This document shows positions 29,082 to 37,774 of a DNA stretch of 64,000 nt, in pieces. Position 1 is the first letter of the stretch. The number at the start of each line of letters is the position of its first letter. This DNA is from Myxococcota bacterium (GTDB taxonomy: Bacteria; Myxococcota_A; SURF-8): the NCBI GenBank assembly GCA_965140415.1, contig OZ223209.1, positions 1,984,001-2,048,000 of the forward strand, written 5' to 3'. Below the pieces are notes generated by a model. The model had not been told where the DNA came from, made no database searches, and worked only from the letters and a program-made list of their open reading frames with translations. Position numbers and translations under genes: made by a program.

Positions 29082-32000
29082 ATGAAGGTCACGTGCCAAA
29101 AGTGCTCTGCGCGCTTCAAAATCGATGACGCGAAAATCCCCGAGCAAGGACTGTCGATGAAATGCCCGAAATGCGCGGCTCCGATGGTCGTTCGTCTCGG
29201 AAACCCCGTCGAAACGCCAGTTGAAAGTGATCCGGTAATGCCGGATACTCCTGATGCGATAGAAGACACTGCAACGGCTCCCGCAGACGACTTGACTTCT
29301 CAAGAGGAACAAGTCTTGCCTCCGGAACCACCCGACTCACCTGAATTGGGATTTGGTGAACTGGATCTGGACACGTTGGGACAAACGCAGGCGGCACCGG
29401 ATGAACCGGATTTCGGTTTGTTGGATAATGCTCCGGATGAAAACTCCAATGTTCCAGACGAGACCGCTTTCGATTCGCCTCCCGCCATGTCTCCTCCCCC
29501 GGAAGAGGATGAGTTCTCCTTGGATATGGGCTTGGATGATATGGATGATGCATTGAGCATGGACGATCAGGAGTCTTTGCCGCCCAAGCCGGAAGAATTC
29601 GAATTGCCGGAACTCTCCACGACGACCGAGAACACGTTCGACGAAGCGATCGGTTCCTCGACGGTGGATTCATTGCAAGATGTGCTTCACGGAACGGAAC
29701 AGGCCGTTCCTTCCGCTCAAGAAGATGATTTTTCATTGGATATGCCTTCTTTATTGGAAAATGCTGCGGCGGAGTTGGAGCGCGAAATTTCCGGAGAGTT
29801 GAGTAGCGCGGAAGAATTACCGCAGCCGGAAGAAGCTTTCCCGGACGACGGGTTTAGTTTCGACGATATGTTGGGACAATCCGATTTGGTGAGTCCTGCT
29901 CAAGAGACAGGGGTGGGCGAAGCTTCAGAGGAGATTTTGCGGGAAACCGTAATCGAGCAGCCTTCATCTGAATTCGCCGAAACCATCAGCGGAATGGATG
30001 AGGACATCGCGTCCGATGGTCCCCCACTGGCTCAACCGTCCGATTTCCTTTCGGAACTGGGAGACTTCGAACAAAGCGAACAGGTCACGCTATATCAGAT
30101 CCGTCGTGATAGCGGTAAAGTATTCGGCCCGTTCCCATCCAGTACTGTGGAACAAATGATCCAGGATGGGAAATTGACTGGTTCGGAAGAAATCAGCGTT
30201 TCTGGTGGTGAATGGCAGGCGATTGAAACCATCGCCGAGTTCAGTTCCCTGCTTCCCGATCAAGCGAAGAAAGCGGGTGACAAGAAGACACGACCGGAAG
30301 AAACCAGCGCTATCGAACGTGAGAAGCAGAAGGTGCTGGAACAGCAGAGGCAGCGTCGTCGCGCGGGCTCACTGGATGTTGTCACCCCAATGAAGCAGAA
30401 TCGTTTCCGCTTGACGCCCAAGGTGATTATTCCCTTGGTTGTCGTGTTGTTGCTGTTGGTTGTAAGCGCCTACATGGAATTTGTTCAGGAAGTCAGCATT
30501 GTAGACGTATTGACTGGGCACGACGTTTCCGATTTGCCATTGGTTGAACAACTGCGCTCCAAACAGCGCAAAGTCTACGATAGTGCTGTCGAAGAGCTGG
30601 AAAAAGATAGCTATCAGGGCTTTATGAAGGCTCGCGAAATTACACAAAGTCTCTTAGCCAATCCGGATTTCAGAGGTGTTGAAGCAGTATGGGCTTTGTC
30701 TGCACGTATTGACTACGAAATCTTGATGCGTTTTTCAATTACAGCGGATCTCGTGGCCGATGCGAAAAAGGCAATGACGAATGTTGAACAGGTCAAACGT
30801 CAGGATCCTGAAATCACTTTCGCAAAAGCCGCTCAGCTTATGTACGAAAAGCAATATCCCAAAGCACGTGACCTGCTTAAAAAAGTGCTCATCGGTGACG
30901 ACACCAATCTTACCGCCCTGCATATGATTTCCGAATGTTATCTGCATCTTCCTGAAAAAGCGGAAGCGGAGAAATACCTGGCCAAAGCGGTTGCCAGCAA
31001 GCACGCCACCGTTCGCACCTATTACCTACAGGGTAGTTTGGCTATGGCGCTGAACGATTTTACGAAAGCACGTGCGGCATTCGAACAAGCCAGCAAACTT
31101 TCTCCGGAACACCTGGATACTCAGATCGAAATAGCCGGATTGAGTATGAAGGAACCGGGTGGGTTGAATAAAGCCGAGCGAGAACTGCAATCGATCCGAA
31201 GCACCTTTACTGATCGTATGAGTAAAAAGCAATTGGCTCGTTTGCATTACTATGCCGCACAGATCTACAAACAACGTAATGAACCGTACAAGGTCGTAAA
31301 AGAACTGTCTGCTGCCATCGAGAATGAGCAAGACAATTATCTGTACAATCTGATGCTCGGCGAATTCTATATGGATAAGCATGAGTATGGAAAAAGCCAG
31401 GAACAATATGGTCTCTGTTTGAAGAACAATCCTGTCGAGATCCGCTGCCACATCAAACTGGGCGAAAACCTGCTGATTCTGGAACGGGCTGATCAAGCGT
31501 TGTTCAAGTTGGAAGAAGCCGCCAAAATCGAGCCAAACAACGCACGAATTTATTTCCTGATCGGCAAAGCGCTCGAAAAGCTGTTCAAACCGGGAAAAGC
31601 GCTTGAGATGTTTGAAAAGGCAATCAAGCTGGACCCCAACGGTGTGGAGTACTACACCAGTGCGGCGATGTCTTATCTCAAGCAGGACAATCTGACTAAA
31701 GCCGGAGAGTATATCCAGAAGGCGAAACTGGTCGATGCGAACTCTCCATTGGTGCACAACTTCCTGGGGCAGATGCATCTGCATCAGAACGATGTGGACA
31801 AGGCCATCGAGGAATTCAAGCGGGCGATCGCTGTGGATCGCAACTTCATCGTTGCTCACCATCATCTGGCAGACACCTACCGAAAAATCGGTAAATATGA
31901 AGATTCCCTCAAGGAATACGAAACGGTGTTGAATCTGGATGATAAAAGCGACAAAGCCTACTATGGCAAAGGGCGCACTTATTTCCTGATGGGTGAAGTA

Positions 32001-32819
32001 GACAAGGCGATTGCGGAATATGAGAAGGCGTTGAACCTGAATTCCCGCAATTACGAATACTATCACCGTGCTGGCTTGGCCTACTACAGCAAAGGTGACA
32101 AAGAGAAAGCCCGCTCTTCTTTCGAAAAAGCGCTGGAACTTTCTCCCAGCTATGCAGAATCGGCGTTCTATCTCGGTCGGGTAGCAATGGATAAAGGTGC
32201 TTACGACCGGGCCACAGAGTATTTCGATCAGGCCATGCAACTGGACAAGCAGAACCCGGACATTCTGTACTACAATGGCTGGCTGCTGGAAAAGCAGGAG
32301 AAGTTCCAGGATGCCCTGGATTTCTACGACATGTCCCTCAAGATTCGCCCGAAGTTTGCTCCGGCGTATCTTAGAAAGGGCATCACGCTACGCGAACAGA
32401 ACAAATACCCGCAAGCGATCGCCATGTTCCGGAAAGCGAACAAAATCGATCCCACAATCAATACGGCGCGTATCGAATTGGGTGACTGCTACTTTGAAAT
32501 GAAGAGGTACAAGCAGTCCATCAAACAATACAAAGATGCCATCAAGTTGAATCCGGATAGTCCGGAAGCACATTTGAAATTAGGGATGGTTTATCAGGAG
32601 ATGGGCAATCCAAGGAATGCCGTGAAATACCTGAAGCGTGCAGTGGACTTTGACTTCAACGATCCTGTTCCTCATCTGAATCTCGGTTATGCGTTCAAAG
32701 CTCTGCGCAAACGTAGCGATGCCGTGCGCGAATTCGAAACCTACCTTGAATTGAACCCGACGGCGATTGACCGTCAGGATGTGGAAGACGAGATCTACTG
32801 GCTGAAAAACCGCCGCTAG
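29082..32819 (+). CDS. Zinc-ribbon (MJ0042-type), acidic linker, GYF_2-like domain, TM helix and multi-TPR protein
   Basis: MKVTCQKC..F.IDD.KIP.....KCPKC; GKVFGPF....V..MI..G.L.....IS..G..W; one TM helix; long TPR array. Confidence 0.88.
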   Translation: MKVTCQKCSARFKIDDAKIPEQGLSMKCPKCAAPMVVRLGNPVETPVESDPVMPDTPDAIEDTATAPADDLTSQEEQVLPPEPPDSPELGFGELDLDTLGQTQAAPDEPDFGLLDNAPDENSNVPDETAFDSPPAMSPPPEEDEFSLDMGLDDMDDALSMDDQESLPPKPEEFELPELSTTTENTFDEAIGSSTVDSLQDVLHGTEQAVPSAQEDDFSLDMPSLLENAAAELEREISGELSSAEELPQPEEAFPDDGFSFDDMLGQSDLVSPAQETGVGEASEEILRETVIEQPSSEFAETISGMDEDIASDGPPLAQPSDFLSELGDFEQSEQVTLYQIRRDSGKVFGPFPSSTVEQMIQDGKLTGSEEISVSGGEWQAIETIAEFSSLLPDQAKKAGDKKTRPEETSAIEREKQKVLEQQRQRRRAGSLDVVTPMKQNRFRLTPKVIIPLVVVLLLLVVSAYMEFVQEVSIVDVLTGHDVSDLPLVEQLRSKQRKVYDSAVEELEKDSYQGFMKAREITQSLLANPDFRGVEAVWALSARIDYEILMRFSITADLVADAKKAMTNVEQVKRQDPEITFAKAAQLMYEKQYPKARDLLKKVLIGDDTNLTALHMISECYLHLPEKAEAEKYLAKAVASKHATVRTYYLQGSLAMALNDFTKARAAFEQASKLSPEHLDTQIEIAGLSMKEPGGLNKAERELQSIRSTFTDRMSKKQLARLHYYAAQIYKQRNEPYKVVKELSAAIENEQDNYLYNLMLGEFYMDKHEYGKSQEQYGLCLKNNPVEIRCHIKLGENLLILERADQALFKLEEAAKIEPNNARIYFLIGKALEKLFKPGKALEMFEKAIKLDPNGVEYYTSAAMSYLKQDNLTKAGEYIQKAKLVDANSPLVHNFLGQMHLHQNDVDKAIEEFKRAIAVDRNFIVAHHHLADTYRKIGKYEDSLKEYETVLNLDDKSDKAYYGKGRTYFLMGEVDKAIAEYEKALNLNSRNYEYYHRAGLAYYSKGDKEKARSSFEKALELSPSYAESAFYLGRVAMDKGAYDRATEYFDQAMQLDKQNPDILYYNGWLLEKQEKFQDALDFYDMSLKIRPKFAPAYLRKGITLREQNKYPQAIAMFRKANKIDPTINTARIELGDCYFEMKRYKQSIKQYKDAIKLNPDSPEAHLKLGMVYQEMGNPRNAVKYLKRAVDFDFNDPVPHLNLGYAFKALRKRSDAVREFETYLELNPTAIDRQDVEDEIYWLKNRR

Positions 32820-32921
32820 GCTTGTCGTTCGTTTAACAGTTTTTGCAGCCGGTTTGCCAATTATGGGCATTCCGGCTGCATTCATGTTTGGCTCTGTTTT
32901 CGAGTTGTACTGGAGAAGAAC

Positions 32922-34163
32922 ATGTTTCGGCTCGCTTACGGTTCAACGGAGATCGAACTCGATTCCCCGCTCGTGCAACACGCTACAATCATTCAGCCGC
33001 GTTCGGCTACCCCTATTGAAGATCCCCCCGCCTACCTGAACAATCTATTGCAGAAGCAACATTTACTGTCGGACCAATTGAGCCATTCTGATCGTCTGCC
33101 GGTGACGCTGGTTATACCGGATCTGACGCGCGGCGAGCATTTTGCAACATTGCTGCCGGTGTTGATTCATTATCTGCAAAATCAGGGAGTAGGGCGGGAA
33201 GAGATCCGAATACTGGTGGGCGGTGGGGCGCATCGACTTCACACAAAGGAAGAAATGTTGCGTCTATTGGGCGAAGCCGCTTCATGGTGTCAATGGAGTA
33301 TGCATGACTGCGACAGCGATGTGCTTGTGGATCTCGGTCAAACGCAAAGGGGTACTTCCATAAAAGTGCATCCCTGGCTGACACAAGGTTCCGTCATCGT
33401 ACTTGGAGTTGTGAAGCACCACTATTTTGCAGGCTATTCAGGTGGACGCAAAGCGATCCTGCCCGGTTGCGCATCGCGTGATTCCATTCTGGCCAATCAT
33501 TCACTTTGCTTTGAGCGAGAGCAGGCCAAACGTCATCCCGGTGTGGGACTGGGACGCCTGACTGGCAACCCGGTGCATGAAGACATGCAGGAGGCAGTGG
33601 AAAAAGTGCGTGTAATCGCCGCTTTGCAATTAGTATTGGGAGCGGATCACCACCCGGCAGCCATGTTTTTCGGCGAATTGAGTCAGGCGTTCGATCTCGC
33701 TACCCAGCAGGCCGATCGATTGTTTCGTTTCGATCGTGGTGAAGGTGCGGATTATGTGTTGGCCAGTTGCTCCGGTTATCCGGGGGACATCAATTTCGTG
33801 CAGAGCCACAAAGGAATTCACCATGCGGCGAGTTTCGTGCGCCCTGGCGGCGTGATCGTGATCTTGGCGCAATGTCGGGAAGGCATTGGTAATCCTGATT
33901 TACTCGACTGGGCGAGCATCGGCGATCCGGTAGAGATGATTCAGCGTTTGAAGCGAAGTTATTCTGTTCCCGGTCAAACCGCTTTGGCGATGCTGGAAAA
34001 AGCGGCACGTTATCGTATTTTTCTGTTTAGCGAGTTGCCCCCAGAGCAGGTGAAATTGTTAGGAATGACACCGCTCGATTCTGCGCAGCAGGGCTTGCAA
34101 CAATTATCAGGACAGGGGAGGGGTGTGATTCTTCCTCATGCCGATCAAACCCTGGCGATATAG
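32922..34163 (+). CDS. larA: Nickel-pincer-dependent lactate racemase family (LarA)
   Basis: PDLTR, GGAHR, HDC, HHYFAGYSGGRKAILPG, NPVHEDM, GYP.DIN..QSHK. Confidence 0.85.
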   Translation: MFRLAYGSTEIELDSPLVQHATIIQPRSATPIEDPPAYLNNLLQKQHLLSDQLSHSDRLPVTLVIPDLTRGEHFATLLPVLIHYLQNQGVGREEIRILVGGGAHRLHTKEEMLRLLGEAASWCQWSMHDCDSDVLVDLGQTQRGTSIKVHPWLTQGSVIVLGVVKHHYFAGYSGGRKAILPGCASRDSILANHSLCFEREQAKRHPGVGLGRLTGNPVHEDMQEAVEKVRVIAALQLVLGADHHPAAMFFGELSQAFDLATQQADRLFRFDRGEGADYVLASCSGYPGDINFVQSHKGIHHAASFVRPGGVIVILAQCREGIGNPDLLDWASIGDPVEMIQRLKRSYSVPGQTALAMLEKAARYRIFLFSELPPEQVKLLGMTPLDSAQQGLQQLSGQGRGVILPHADQTLAI

Positions 34164-34184
34164 TCCTTTCTGGAAGTTGGTCCT

Positions 34185-34928
34185 CTAGCCCGTTCCTTCC
34201 TCCAGGATTTGTCCTTTGATGCCGATCTTGATGAAATTCAGCGGAATCTCGTTGCCGCTTTTCTTCAACGCCTCTTTGGTAAGGTGCAACAGACCCGAGC
34301 AGCAGGGAACCTCCATAATCGCGCAGGTGATCTGCTTGATCGGGTTCTCGAAGATGGCGGCCAGTCGCTGGATGGATTCATCCATTTTATCCAGTTTGGG
34401 ACAGGTCAGGATAATGGTGTTGCCACGAATCAGCTTTCGATGCAGATCAGGGAACGCCGCCGCAACGCAATCGGCGACTAGCACTACCTTCTTGTCATTA
34501 TAGAAAACACCGGACGGCGGCATTAAACGGAGTTGGATGGGCCACTGCGATAACTCGGAAGCCGCAGGCCCACGATCATCGGTAGAGGAATTCGCCACCG
34601 ATTCGTTGCTTTGCGATGCAGGCTGCAATACTTGCACCATGCTGCCGGCACAACCACAGGCCATTGTTTCCGCCGGGTTTGCCGCTTTATGCGCCAGGTG
34701 TGCTTCGACCGCTTTTTCGTCGAACTCGTCGGCTTCACGCTCGATGATTTCCAGCGCGCCCTCCGGGCAGGCTCCGAGGCATGCTCCTAAGCCATCACAA
34801 AAGCTGTCCTTGATAACACGCGCTTTGCCGTCGAGGATCTGCAACGCGCCTTCGGCGCAATCGATTACACAAAGTCCGCAACCGGTGCATTTTTCTTCGT
34901 CGATTTTAATAATTTTGCGTACGGGCAT
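34185..34928 (-). CDS. 4Fe-4S ferredoxin-domain protein of the hcp-associated type
   Basis: CTGCGLCVIDC, CDGLGACLGAC, LSQWPIQL, ADC, CPKLD, MEVPCC. Confidence 0.9.
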   Translation of the reverse strand: MPVRKIIKIDEEKCTGCGLCVIDCAEGALQILDGKARVIKDSFCDGLGACLGACPEGALEIIEREADEFDEKAVEAHLAHKAANPAETMACGCAGSMVQVLQPASQSNESVANSSTDDRGPAASELSQWPIQLRLMPPSGVFYNDKKVVLVADCVAAAFPDLHRKLIRGNTIILTCPKLDKMDESIQRLAAIFENPIKQITCAIMEVPCCSGLLHLTKEALKKSGNEIPLNFIKIGIKGQILEEGTG

Positions 34929-34942
34929 GATGCTGCATCCTC

Positions 34943-35206
34943 TCAGCTTGGGTCCGGGTTTTCCTGTTGTTCGCGTAGTGCTCGTGTAGCCAGAAATTCT
35001 TTATAGCGCTCTTCGCCAAGGCATTCCTTGGCAGCGGCGCACCATTCGGCGCAACTGGGAACGCTCTCTTTTTCGATCACTTCACGACAGTGGGGACAGC
35101 GGCGGCGAAATTCATCCGAGAAGATTTCCACTTCTGCGCCGCAATTGGGGCAACGGTAAAAAGCCGCTGTCAGTCGCCGCATGTCTTTTCCTGGACAGTT
35201 CGCCAT
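34943..35206 (-). CDS. Small Cys-rich zinc-ribbon-like protein
   Basis: CPG, CPNCG.EVEIFSDE....CPHC, C..WC....C; GGAG RBS. Confidence 0.75.
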   Translation of the reverse strand: MANCPGKDMRRLTAAFYRCPNCGAEVEIFSDEFRRRCPHCREVIEKESVPSCAEWCAAAKECLGEERYKEFLATRALREQQENPDPS

Positions 35207-35330
35207 GATTACTCCATGTTGATAAGCGTTCCAACCATTTAAACATCACCTGGAAACTATGAAATTGCAATGACCTGTTCGAGGACTCGAAATGCGGAAG
35301 GAGAAAGCTCCTTCTGCCATCTTTAAAACA

Positions 35331-36950
35331 TCAGGCCAGACAGGCTTTCAAATCCTCTTCCACTGTTGTGATCAGAGCGATGTTGAAATTTTCCACCAGC
35401 ACATTGAGAACGGGAGGCGTGACAAACGCCGGCAGCGTCGGTCCCAGACGAATGTCTTTGATTCCCAGGTGCAGCAATGTCAACAGAATCGCCACCGCCT
35501 TCTGCTCGTACCAACTCAGAATGAACGATAACGGCAGGCTGTTGACGTCGGTGTCAAACGCATTGGCCAAGGCCACTGCGATCTGCACGGCGGAATAAGC
35601 ATCGTTGCACTGGCCGATATCCAGCAGACGTGGAATGCCGCCGATGTCCCCATATTCCAATTTGTTGAAACGATATTTGCCGCAGGCGAGTGTCAAAATC
35701 ACGCAATCCTTCGGTACGGCTTGTGCGAAATCCGTGTAGTAATTGCGGCCCGATTTGGCGCCATCGCAGCCCCCGACCAGGAAGAAATGCTTGATATCGC
35801 CGTTTTTAACTGCGTCGATGACCTTGTCGGCCACACCCAGCACGGCATTTCGTGCAAAACCGATGGTAATCGTTTTTTCTTTTTCATCTTCGGTGAAGCC
35901 GGGAGCGGCCAGGGCGGCGTCGATCACCGGCGTAAAATCGTAACCGTCGATATGCTCCACTCCGGGCCAGGCGACCAGGTCGGTAGTGAAAATACGCGCT
36001 TTATACGATTCCTGTGGTTTCTGAATGCAGTTGGTGGTCATTAAAATCGCACCTGGGAACGCTTCGAATTCCTTGCGCTGATTCTGCCAGGCGGAACCAT
36101 AGTTTCCTGCCAGATGCTTGTATTTCTTCAAACCTGGATAGGCCAGCGTCGGCAGCATTTCCCCGTGGGTATACACATTGATGCCTTTGCCTTCGGTCTG
36201 TTGCAGCAGTTCGTCCAGATCCTTTAAATCATGTCCTGAAACCAGAATGCACTTGCCTTTTATCGGAGTGACGCGCACCGCCGTCGGTTCGGGGTGGCCA
36301 TAAGCGTCGGTATTGGCTGTATCTAATAGCTCCATCACCTTCAGGTTGACTTCACCGACTTTCAAGGCCATCCCGGTCAATTCTTCTACGGAGTGATCTT
36401 CCGTTATGAAGTTCAGCGCCTCATGCAAGAACGCATAGACATCGTCATCCGTGACACCCAGAATTTCGGCGTGATCCATGTAGGCGCAAAATCCCTTGAT
36501 GCCATAGGTAATCAACTCCTTGAGCCCGGTGATGTCCTCGCCTTCAATCGCCTTGCGATTTACGATGGAAATAGTTTCGCCTTTAGCCACGAGCAGACTT
36601 GGATCGCCATCAAGATCCATCGTCGCCAAACCATCTAAACCATTTCCCGCAGGTTGGGTCTGTTCGTACAATCCCTTGGCCACAGCACGCCATTCCGCCG
36701 CCTCTCCGATCAGACGTTGCAGTCGGTTGGGATCGAAATTGACATTGGTAATGGTGGTGAAAACCGCCTGCACCGTGAAGCGGTCGATCTCCTTGTGGCG
36801 CACTCCGGCGCGATGCATGTACATCGAGATGCCCTTGGTGGCCGCTAAAAGCAAATCCTGTAACGCGGCGACTTCCGGACTTTTTCCACATACACCGATG
36901 TTGGTGCATCCGCTGCCTTTGGCTGTCTGTTCACATTGATAGCAAAACAT
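35331..36950 (-). CDS. hcp: Hybrid cluster protein (hydroxylamine/NO reductase)
   Basis: MFCYQCEQT..GC..GVCGK, SGHDL, YTHGEMLP, GGCDG, LACGKYRFN, GQCND, SWYEQKAV. Confidence 0.98.
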   Translation of the reverse strand: MFCYQCEQTAKGSGCTNIGVCGKSPEVAALQDLLLAATKGISMYMHRAGVRHKEIDRFTVQAVFTTITNVNFDPNRLQRLIGEAAEWRAVAKGLYEQTQPAGNGLDGLATMDLDGDPSLLVAKGETISIVNRKAIEGEDITGLKELITYGIKGFCAYMDHAEILGVTDDDVYAFLHEALNFITEDHSVEELTGMALKVGEVNLKVMELLDTANTDAYGHPEPTAVRVTPIKGKCILVSGHDLKDLDELLQQTEGKGINVYTHGEMLPTLAYPGLKKYKHLAGNYGSAWQNQRKEFEAFPGAILMTTNCIQKPQESYKARIFTTDLVAWPGVEHIDGYDFTPVIDAALAAPGFTEDEKEKTITIGFARNAVLGVADKVIDAVKNGDIKHFFLVGGCDGAKSGRNYYTDFAQAVPKDCVILTLACGKYRFNKLEYGDIGGIPRLLDIGQCNDAYSAVQIAVALANAFDTDVNSLPLSFILSWYEQKAVAILLTLLHLGIKDIRLGPTLPAFVTPPVLNVLVENFNIALITTVEEDLKACLA

Positions 36951-36982
36951 GGGATTCTCCTTTTCAGGCTAATTAAGGAAAA

Positions 36983-37000
36983 AAGACTCCTAATACCGAA
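36983..37000. promoter_or_regulatory. Candidate Rrf2 operator upstream of hcp
   Basis: AAGACTCCTAATACCGAA, 17/18 identical to the site at 37537-37554. Confidence 0.65.
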
Positions 37001-37051
37001 AATGCCAACCAAGTTTACCTACTGCATTACTCATCGTTCAAACTCCAAAGT

Positions 37052-37507
37052 CTATGATTGTATTGGAAGCTGTCGTTCCGAACGCATGTCAAGAGCGGGA
37101 AGCAGTAGCAGCTCCGAAAGATGTATTTCGCCAAGTTCCCTGGTGACCAGATCCGTGACTCGTCTCATCAATCCTTGTAGGCGACAATGGCCTTTCTGGC
37201 ACACCGGTTCGCCTAAAAGACATTGTTCTCCGGCAAAAGGTCCATCGACTGCTACCAGGATTTGCAGCAGGGTGATGTCCTTCGGGTCATGATCGAAATA
37301 GAATCCGCCTCGTTTTCCTCGGGTGGACTGAATAAAGTTTTCGCGTGCCAGGCTTTGCAGCACCTTGCTTAAGTGAGATTCCGAAACCGAAATATCGGCA
37401 GCGATCCGGCTGGCGGATACCGGCTGATTGGGACCGAGCGTTGCCATGTATGCCAGGGCGTGAATGGCGAGGTTACTGGCTTCTGATAAATTAAGTAGGG
37501 ACTTCAT
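37052..37507 (-). CDS. Rrf2 family transcriptional regulator with three Cys
   Basis: AIHALAY, SHLSKVLQSL, STRGKRGGF, ITLLQILVAVDG, CLL....C....C. Confidence 0.95.
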   Translation of the reverse strand: MKSLLNLSEASNLAIHALAYMATLGPNQPVSASRIAADISVSESHLSKVLQSLARENFIQSTRGKRGGFYFDHDPKDITLLQILVAVDGPFAGEQCLLGEPVCQKGHCRLQGLMRRVTDLVTRELGEIHLSELLLLPALDMRSERQLPIQS

Positions 37508-37536
37508 TATGCCACCTGAAGAACAAAAACAATATT

Positions 37537-37572
37537 AAGACTCTTAATACCGAATAAAGGGGTGGATGTCAA
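37537..37572 (-). promoter_or_regulatory. rrf2 promoter with overlapping candidate operator
   Basis: Minus-strand TTGACA (37572-37567), 17 nt, TATTAA (37549-37544) lying inside AAGACTCTTAATACCGAA. Confidence 0.65.
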
Positions 37573-37774
37573 TATAAAAAATCTGGAAAAATCTCTATCA
37601 TCAGTGCGAAGTAAAACAATTTCTTATCATAACAATGGTTTAGGTGAATTTAGGCTTGAGCTTTTTCATATGGAAAAAATCGACACAGCATCTTAAAAAC
37701 GACGAAATCCCCACCGGAAGATGGGGATTCCAAGAACAATTCAAGCGAAGGAGTGAATTGTGATCGTTTGATAC

